NCBI GenBank assembly: GCA_947496715.1
Contig: CANMDT010000004.1
Coordinates: 2,703-66,702 of the forward strand
From: Myxococcales bacterium
GTDB lineage: Bacteria > Myxococcota_A > Bradymonadia > REDH01
Direction: 5' to 3'
DNA length: 64,000 nucleotides
Below the pieces are notes generated by a model that was not told the DNA's origin, made no database searches, and was given only the letters and a program-made list of their open reading frames with translations. Positions 57,602 through 64,000 of the stretch are shown piece after piece; the first letter of the stretch is position 1, and the number at the start of each line of letters is the position of its first letter. Position numbers and translations under genes: made by a program.

Positions 57602-59613
57602 CGGCCTTCGAGATTCAGGCCGCCAGCATAGGCATACGAGACGTCGCAGTCATACCCGTATGCATACAGCCCGAAGGCCTGCCCGCCCGTCACCGTGTGC
57701 ACGCCGTCAGGCACGCCCTGCTTGTAGACGTCCCACTGGCGACCACCCGCCGTCAGACGGCTCGTCGGACTTACCGCAAGAGGGTTCCCATCGATGACGA
57801 TGACCGTCCCCGTCGGTGCAACCAGGCTCAAGAAGTCCTGCGTGTAGTTCGCCGGTATCAGCAAAATGTAGTTGTCGCGGAACTGCCGCGTCGGCACCGC
57901 CATCAACATCGCAGGGTCGCCCACACCGGTCCCGCTGCAGGTCGCGGGAATCGCGCAGTTCTGCTCTGGTGTATCCGGAATGAAGGGAGGAAAGCCCTCC
58001 TCCCCCCGCACGCAGGTCGCGTTCGCTGGGCTCGGGTAACTCGAACCGACCATCATCTGGGTCAGGCTGATCGGCCCCGTTGCACTGAGCGCAAAATCGA
58101 GCGTTGTCGCGAACTCGATCACCTCACCTCCGCCAAGCGTCCGGCCGCTCACACCCGCGATCACCGGATCGGTCTGAATCGTCGTGCCCGGCGTCGAAGC
58201 AATGATCCGCCACACGTCGCTCTCCGTCCCACGCGGCTTGAACTTGATACCCAGATAGTCCGTGTCCCAGCTCGCCACGGGAATCATCTGCTCCTCCACA
58301 TGGTCGCAGTAGGTCACATTCGCAGGCACATTCGCGCACTCGTTACCCGAGAAGACCGCCACCGAACGGGTCGAAGTCACCCGCGTCCCCGTCGGGTCCC
58401 CCGTCGCGCCATCCGCCCGCATCGCCAGCACCTCGCCTTGAGCAAGCTCAAACGTAGCGCTGCCTCCCGCACCAATCCCGGCCACCGAACCACCTGCCTG
58501 AAGGCCCGACCGCGGGGGCGCCGTGATCGTCACCGAGGTGGTCCCATCCGCGACCGCCACCACCGCAAAGTAACTCGCGCCCGCCGGACCCGCCGGCCAT
58601 CCCGCCACCAGGTATTCGTTGCCGAGCGCTGTCGCAGGAAGCAGCAACGATGCATCGTTGGAGAACACGCCGGAGTTGTTCAACGGATTGAACTGGTGCG
58701 CAATGATCGGCCCGGTGCTCTGCACCCGGTAGCTGTTCATCGACCGGCTCGTCCCGATCACATCCCGCTGCGGAAGTTCGACGGACTGCAGTGATCCGGC
58801 GGCGATGCTCACCGTCTGTGAGAACCCCTCCGGCGTCGTCACCGTTGCAGTCACCCCCCGGGTGCCCGCATTCGACAGCGTGATCGCATACTGCTGCGCA
58901 TCTGCCCCCGACGGGTCCGACGCATCCGAGTAGTTGTCCAGGTCGAGCGCGTAGAAGTCGCAACCAACATAGGTCTTCGCGTCCCCGGCACATGGGTCAA
59001 CACAGACGCCCGCCGAACAGCCGAACTCACAGGCCTCCTGCACCTCGGTCGCCGTCCCCTCAGCGTTGCACTGCACCACCGAGTCGCCCTGGCATCCCCG
59101 AACACCGGCGATGCAGACATCCGTCGTACAGGCTCCCGCCAAACAGTTCGGTGTCTCTACGGGGCAGGCCGACCGCTCGATGCCGGTACCACTGCTCGGG
59201 CAGATGCCGAGCGAGCGCGGGTCGAGGCAGCCCACCGTCGTCCCGGGGATGCAGATGCTCGACGCATCCACGCAGGAGCCGGCGGCGCAGGCTTGACCGG
59301 TCGCGCAGGGCTGTGCCGCCTCGCTCCCGTCGATCTGACAAATGAGGAGCCCAGTTCCGTCTGCGCTGCAACGAATCTCGCCAGCACTACAGGGCCCCAC
59401 GGGAACATCGCTGCCCGTGTCCAACGCACCTGAACCCTCGTTTCCGTCGACGCTCCCGGAATCCACAGTGCCGATATCCGGCCTGCCCGTGTCGCGGGTC
59501 GACCCGCCGCCACCGCTCGCCCTGCCTACGCTCTCTGCTGTGCAGCCTGCGAGGGCTACACCGGTCATCAGCAACAGCAGCGAAGCGTTCCATCCTCGAG
59601 GCATCGTCAGCAT
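57598..59613 (-). CDS. secreted lipoprotein with N-terminal disulfide-rich (EGF-like) modules and large C-terminal beta-rich domain ending …YAYAGGLNL
   Basis: Lipobox VALAGC. Many C..G.C…C modules. C-terminal region resembles IgGFc-binding-protein N-terminal-type beta domain. Confidence 0.65.
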   Translation of the reverse strand: MLTMPRGWNASLLLLMTGVALAGCTAESVGRASGGGGSTRDTGRPDIGTVDSGSVDGNEGSGALDTGSDVPVGPCSAGEIRCSADGTGLLICQIDGSEAAQPCATGQACAAGSCVDASSICIPGTTVGCLDPRSLGICPSSGTGIERSACPVETPNCLAGACTTDVCIAGVRGCQGDSVVQCNAEGTATEVQEACEFGCSAGVCVDPCAGDAKTYVGCDFYALDLDNYSDASDPSGADAQQYAITLSNAGTRGVTATVTTPEGFSQTVSIAAGSLQSVELPQRDVIGTSRSMNSYRVQSTGPIIAHQFNPLNNSGVFSNDASLLLPATALGNEYLVAGWPAGPAGASYFAVVAVADGTTSVTITAPPRSGLQAGGSVAGIGAGGSATFELAQGEVLAMRADGATGDPTGTRVTSTRSVAVFSGNECANVPANVTYCDHVEEQMIPVASWDTDYLGIKFKPRGTESDVWRIIASTPGTTIQTDPVIAGVSGRTLGGGEVIEFATTLDFALSATGPISLTQMMVGSSYPSPANATCVRGEEGFPPFIPDTPEQNCAIPATCSGTGVGDPAMLMAVPTRQFRDNYILLIPANYTQDFLSLVAPTGTVIVIDGNPLAVSPTSRLTAGGRQWDVYKQGVPDGVHTVTGGQAFGLYAYGYDCDVSYAYAGGLNLEGR

Positions 59614-59805
59614 TGTCGGCTCCTGTGGGCGTGGTTCGAAACACCACTGTAACGAATTTCACCGAGCCGCTGCGAAATTTTCGCTCACCAACCCTGCAGA
59701 TCGCCAATCCCAATCGACCCTGCTGTCATCGTTGACGAAACGCTCTTCGCGCTGCATCATAGGGTGCACACCACTGAAACGCTGCACTCACAACGGCATG
59801 ACATC

Positions 59806-60114
59806 ATGACGAAGAGCGAACTTATCGAGCTATTTGCCGAACGCGCCCGAATCCCCAAAAAGCGGGCCGAGGAGGTCGTGCAGTGCATCCTCTCCGCCAT
59901 GGGCGATACGCTCGCGCAGGGGAACCGGATCGAGATCCGAGGCTTCGGCTCCTTCTCCCTCAACCAGCATCGTGCCTACGTCGGCCGCAACCCCAAGACC
60001 GGTAACGAAGTCCCCGTCGAGGCAAAGCAGGCCGTCCACTTCAAGGTGGGACGCGAGCTCCGCGACCTCGCCAACCAGTCTGGCGTGAAGAACCCCAAGT
60101 CGGGCGACCGCTAG
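59806..60114 (+). CDS. ihfB: integration host factor beta subunit (HU/IHF family)
   Basis: MTKSELIE…RIEIRGFGSFSL…GRNPKTG…HFK.G.ELRD closely matches enterobacterial IhfB layout. Confidence 0.85.
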   Translation: MTKSELIELFAERARIPKKRAEEVVQCILSAMGDTLAQGNRIEIRGFGSFSLNQHRAYVGRNPKTGNEVPVEAKQAVHFKVGRELRDLANQSGVKNPKSGDR

Positions 60115-60119
60115 CCTGC

Positions 60120-62450
60120 TCAGGGGCCCGGACGATGGCGCCACAGCGTCACGCCGCACCCTGTCGCAGCCCCAACCGTATCTGACGAGGTATCGCCCGA
60201 CACCGTAGGGCAGGGCGTTGCCAAGTAGGCGCTCGTCCCCGGCCGTGTCGCATCCAGCGTCCCGAGCCGGATGCTTCCATCGCCCTCCGCGAACCAGAGC
60301 GCCACGCCCCGGCTACCCGAGCGCCAACCCATCAGGCCGCCGCGACCGAACAGCCCGTTCGCCGTGTCGCTCCGAACCCCCGCAGCAGCACCCGCGATCG
60401 TGGCCCCAACCTGCACGCCTGCAACCGTGTCGCCGCTCCACAGCCCCGCTCCCGCGTCCATCACCGATAGCAGCGCCGCACCGTTCCAGCGCAGCCCCAC
60501 TGCACCCGCGCTCGCGCTCGGCCCGGCCACGCGACCGCCGAACTGCCACCCCGCGGAAAGCTGGTACCAGGCCACCTCCACGCCACTACTCAGCGCCACC
60601 CGATCTCCCGCCAGAGCCAGCGCCCCGAAGCGGCCCGCCAGCCGAACCGGAGAACCCACCAACGAGACCATGCCGCCTACCACAACATAGGCCTGCGCCA
60701 CCGCCTCGCTCTCCGTCACAAACACCAGCCAGCCCAAGCCCGCTTCGAACGATACAACCCCAGATAGACCCGTCTCAAACGCCGTTACCTCCCCATCGGA
60801 GACCCAGCCTCGAAGGCTCCCCTGCGACGAAACAGAAAACACCGCACCTTCCTCACCGCGTGCCACAAAGTCAGCGTTCGCACCATCGCGCAGCACCGCC
60901 GTCACGCCGCCCTCCGCCCGCTCCCTAACCGTCCACGCGCCAGCGGTACCGGCAGCCAACAACCAGCCTCCGTCGACGCTCACGAGGTGGCGCGGCGTCA
61001 AATCCACGCGGCTCCCTGGCGCGACCGAAACCTGCGCCCCGGTCGCCGTCGCCACCGAAACCTCCGAAGACGTCGCCATCAGCCACTGCGAAGCGCCCGG
61101 CCCGAACGCACGCGCTCCAGCCACGCCCGTGGGCGCCGCGAGCAACTCTACGCCACCTATGCCACCCGCTGAGAGACGAGAAATCGCCCCGGTCGCATGC
61201 AACACGCGGAAGCCACCGCCACCGGTACCGATCGAAACGCCATCTGAAGATCCGAGTGCGAAGTCAGTCGCGACCGGTCCCGCGCCGGCATCCGACACCA
61301 GCCGAACGCTGCCTCCGCCCGAACCGCTGGCCCGCATCAGCATGGCCACTACCAGCCGGCCCGACTGCATCATCGACGCCTGTGCAATGGCCTCCGTTAC
61401 ACCGTCGCCCAAGACGCTACCGCTGCCGAGCGCCAGAGCAGTGCCAGTCGCCGACAACACCAGCGCGCGGCACCCGCCGTCGCGGCCGCTCGCGTAGCCG
61501 CTCGCGCCGTCATCGCTCACAGCCAGACCCAGCACATCGCCACCCGTAAACGGATTCACCGAGCCGAGGAACCGATAGGTCCCCGACACCTCCTCAAACG
61601 CCTGCACCGTCCCGGGGTCCGCGCTCGACACCAGCACCCGACCCAAACTCGATGCAATGTCCGTCGGAGGCCGGCTCAGCCGCACGGGCGCCGCGCCCTC
61701 GTCGAACACAAAGGGCGCCCCGATTGGATGCCGGTAGATCAGCCCCGTTCCATCGGCCAAGCTCTCCATGCCGAGCAGCAGCGTCGCTCCCACCACCTCC
61801 GCAGAAACCGTCCGCGCTTCGGCCCGCCCGAAGGCGCCTACCGGTATCGGGCTTGCGCCGGTCTCGTATAGCTGCGCCCCTGTGTCGCCCCACGCCACAA
61901 CATGCGTCGCGTCCACCTGCGTGAACCCAGACACCGACAGCCTGCTCAACCAGTGCAGCGGAGCGCCCACCGAGAACTCGCAGCCATCCTCATACAGCCC
62001 GTTCAGGTCGCGGTAGCCAGCTTCTATGCACCGCTGAACGCTGCAGCGAAAGTCCGCTCCGCACAGCCCCTCCGCCATCGGAGCACCGCTGCAGGCCTCG
62101 CCGCAGCTTCCGCAGTTCGACGCATCCCAAACCACGGTCGGATCCGCACCATCCACAAGCCCGTCGCAGTCGTTGTCCGCGCCGTCGCACACCTCCGGCC
62201 GCGGAACACAGGTTGAGTCCACCTCGGTGTCCGCCTCCGTGTCCTGGCGAGCGTCAAACAGCTGCTCCGTGTCTGCGATCGCTCCGGTATCCAACTCCGT
62301 GTCTGCCTCAACAGCACTGTCCGTTTCGGCGTCACCCGCCGCATCGGAGTCAGCCTCCAAAAACGCCTGGCTGTCAAAATCCAGCGTCGCCGCACAGCCC
62401 GCTGCCTGCAACGCAGCGAGCGCCAACAGCCACTTCGCGCCTCGTCCCAT
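60120..62450 (-). CDS. Gly/Ala/Ser-rich lipoprotein with one MopE-type motif (CDGADNDCDGLVDGAD…NCGSCGEAC)
   Basis: Lipobox LQAAGC after ATG 62450. Start overlaps upstream stop by 1 nt (TGATG). Confidence 0.65.
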   Translation of the reverse strand: MGRGAKWLLALAALQAAGCAATLDFDSQAFLEADSDAAGDAETDSAVEADTELDTGAIADTEQLFDARQDTEADTEVDSTCVPRPEVCDGADNDCDGLVDGADPTVVWDASNCGSCGEACSGAPMAEGLCGADFRCSVQRCIEAGYRDLNGLYEDGCEFSVGAPLHWLSRLSVSGFTQVDATHVVAWGDTGAQLYETGASPIPVGAFGRAEARTVSAEVVGATLLLGMESLADGTGLIYRHPIGAPFVFDEGAAPVRLSRPPTDIASSLGRVLVSSADPGTVQAFEEVSGTYRFLGSVNPFTGGDVLGLAVSDDGASGYASGRDGGCRALVLSATGTALALGSGSVLGDGVTEAIAQASMMQSGRLVVAMLMRASGSGGGSVRLVSDAGAGPVATDFALGSSDGVSIGTGGGGFRVLHATGAISRLSAGGIGGVELLAAPTGVAGARAFGPGASQWLMATSSEVSVATATGAQVSVAPGSRVDLTPRHLVSVDGGWLLAAGTAGAWTVRERAEGGVTAVLRDGANADFVARGEEGAVFSVSSQGSLRGWVSDGEVTAFETGLSGVVSFEAGLGWLVFVTESEAVAQAYVVVGGMVSLVGSPVRLAGRFGALALAGDRVALSSGVEVAWYQLSAGWQFGGRVAGPSASAGAVGLRWNGAALLSVMDAGAGLWSGDTVAGVQVGATIAGAAAGVRSDTANGLFGRGGLMGWRSGSRGVALWFAEGDGSIRLGTLDATRPGTSAYLATPCPTVSGDTSSDTVGAATGCGVTLWRHRPGP

Positions 62451-63388
62451 CACGGCCTCCATGTTGCAGACAGACCGGCCGCCGTCGGCGCAAGCAGCGG
62501 AATAATCGCCACCGCAGGGCTCTCGCCTCCGGCCTCGCGCTCCCACCACCAGAGCAGCCCGGTCGCCACCGCGCCAAGCGCAGCCACGCCATACGACGCA
62601 TTCGACAGCGTCGCCGCGCTGCGGCCATCCGCCTGCTCACGGTCGAACCCCACACGATCCACGCCAGCCTCGGCCAGCCTGTCGGCCTCGTCGAAGTGCC
62701 CGGCCGAAACGAAGTAGTATCCTACCCCGACCGCTGCTGCCGCCGCCGTCACACCGGAGCCAATCCACCAGCCTGGAAGACCTCCCTCAGCCGCCACAGG
62801 CGCAAGGACAATCGAGACAACGAGGCTCTCTCCGGCCGCCACCGTCACAGTCTCCCGCCACGGAACATACCCTGGCGCCTCCGCCTCCAGCAGGTGGACG
62901 CCAGGACCCACAGATACGCTCCCGGGCAGCGCGAGCGCGTGACCGCCATCCACCCGAACCCGCGCCCCTTCCGTGGAGGCTCCGAGCCTCATCTCAAGCT
63001 CCGCCTGTCGCGCAGGCGCCGCCGAATCCTTCCGCGGCGCTGCTGCCGCCGGCTCCGCAAACGCCGCCAACCTGAGCAGCGCCACTTCTGCATCAGCTCG
63101 CAGCGACGCCTCTGCCGATCCTGCGGCCAAACGATACCAAGTCACCGCCTCTCGACCCATCTCCGCCCGCTCGTAGGCCAGCGCCGTGTTGTAGGCCAGC
63201 CGATCCTCTGGCTCCAGCGCGTAGGCCTGCGACAGGTAGGCCGCCGCCGACGCATACCGCCCCGCCTCAAACGCCTCCACGCCTCGCCCGAACAGCAGCT
63301 CGGCCTCTGTCGGAGCCTTCGGAGCTGCGCCAACACCCGCAGGCGCCGCAGCGAGCAAGACGGCCAATGCAAAACTACTCGCTCTCAT
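62450..63388 (-). CDS. TPR-repeat + PEGA-domain protein with C-terminal TM segment
   Basis: Signal peptide MRASSFALAVLLAAAPAGVGA. TPR-like AYNTALAYERAEMGREAVTWYRLAA. PEGA-like GARVRVDGGHALALPGSVSVGPGVHLLEAEAPGYVPW. Confidence 0.6.
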   Translation of the reverse strand: MRASSFALAVLLAAAPAGVGAAPKAPTEAELLFGRGVEAFEAGRYASAAAYLSQAYALEPEDRLAYNTALAYERAEMGREAVTWYRLAAGSAEASLRADAEVALLRLAAFAEPAAAAPRKDSAAPARQAELEMRLGASTEGARVRVDGGHALALPGSVSVGPGVHLLEAEAPGYVPWRETVTVAAGESLVVSIVLAPVAAEGGLPGWWIGSGVTAAAAAVGVGYYFVSAGHFDEADRLAEAGVDRVGFDREQADGRSAATLSNASYGVAALGAVATGLLWWWEREAGGESPAVAIIPLLAPTAAGLSATWRP

Positions 63389-64000
63389 CGGCGCTCCCTT
63401 CAGCTCGCTGTCGCGCCTCGTAGGCAGCACGGTGGCCGTCGGCACCCGAACCATCTCCACGCTCCTCTGCCTCAGCAGGGCGCTCCACCGCGCTCCCCAC
63501 CTTCCTTGACGCAAGCCGCGTCAGATTCTCATACACCGTGATGAGCGGAACGCCGTGAATCCCCATCGTCCCCGACGGTGCCTGCGTGCCGTAACGGCTC
63601 CAAGCATCCTCCTGTGCAAACACCAGCGCCTTCTGCACATCGAACAACAGGTAGTCCGCGTTCGCATAGTCCCACGTGGCTCCCACATCCGGCCGCAACC
63701 ACCCCTCCTGTTTGTACATGTCGTAGGCCCCCCAGGTGGTGTCGTGCCAACCCACCTTGGCCCCCTTCACGGCATGCTCATTCACCCACGGCAGCGACTG
63801 CCGCGACGCATAGCCCCAGAACTGCCGCATCGTCCGATGATCGGCCGCGCCCGTCACTCCGCCGATCACCTCGTTGTAGTAGGAGATCCCAAACGGGTGA
63901 CTCCACACCGAAGCCCAAATCGGAGACGGAGCGTAGACCAGCAACAGCAGCCCGAGCGCAAGCCACTGCCCCCGAACGCCTCCGCCTGCCTCGCGAGCCA
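63375..64000 (-). CDS. membrane protein, 5'-partial (open to window end); possible GT-C-type glycosyltransferase C-terminal region
   Basis: Frame stays open upstream of the track's TTG 'M' at 63944 (…QWLALGLLLLVYAPSPIWASVWSHPFG… TM helix) to position 64000. High GC3. Confidence 0.5.
   Translation of the reverse strand, partial: AREAGGGVRGQWLALGLLLLVYAPSPIWASVWSHPFGISYYNEVIGGVTGAADHRTMRQFWGYASRQSLPWVNEHAVKGAKVGWHDTTWGAYDMYKQEGWLRPDVGATWDYANADYLLFDVQKALVFAQEDAWSRYGTQAPSGTMGIHGVPLITVYENLTRLASRKVGSAVERPAEAEERGDGSGADGHRAAYEARQRAEGSADESE

Noticed and set aside
59614-59805. Low-GC 190-bp region upstream of ihfB as a possible small RNA
   Set aside because: It contains only a plausible sigma70 element (TTGACG-N17-CATCAT) and no convincing structure or terminator. 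It is better explained as a divergent promoter region

Overview
This is a ~70% GC, gene-dense window with no rRNA, tRNA, CRISPR or mobile-element genes visible. Four independent hallmarks point to a Myxococcota-type genome: a MYXO-CTERM-like sorting tail, Myxococcus cysteine-rich repeats (CGNG..E.CDDGN..GDGC), MopE-type 'putative metal-binding' motifs (C.D..DND.DG..DC.D.DC), and a Myxococcus-type 'metallo-mystery pair'. I call 43 CDS from the six-frame track. Where an internal ATG with a signal peptide or SD-like sequence fits better, I give refined starts. Many long opposite-strand or wrong-frame ORFs are GC-driven artefacts and are not called.

Housekeeping genes:
- A nadC-birA-coaX operon on the minus strand
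- hisS, ihfB, aat, a Kup K+ transporter, TerC, an OPT transporter and an M20 peptidase
- phhA and a HAL/PAL-family ammonia-lyase
- An NAD-epimerase plus a WecA-like phosphotransferase

Accessory content:
- A Fur-family regulator at the head of an MbnP-like/MbnH-like (four-Cys protein plus di-haem peroxidase) plus lipoprotein operon
- Two tandem ~1,050-aa paralogous lipoproteins, each with three Cys-framed PPC-like domains linked by arrays of MopE-type motifs
- A 1,423-aa MYXO-CTERM adhesin (choice-of-anchor-Q-like beta-helix, ~95-aa VNDAP repeats, TSP3 Ca-binding repeats)
- An LVIVD beta-propeller lipoprotein
- Two tandem alpha/beta-hydrolase lipoproteins
- A Kazal-like lipoprotein with 10 x 24-bp acidic repeats
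- A lipoprotein gene carrying a recent 531-bp internal tandem duplication
- Two Hanks kinases (one with a zinc ribbon, divergent from a zinc-ribbon/dual-FHA protein) and an FHA-DUF4388 protein

About 16 of the 43 CDS carry lipobox signal peptides, so this is an envelope and secretome-rich neighbourhood. Putative promoters, two perfect 17-bp palindromes and several coding tandem repeats are noted. All functional calls rest on motif recognition by eye; no database search was possible.
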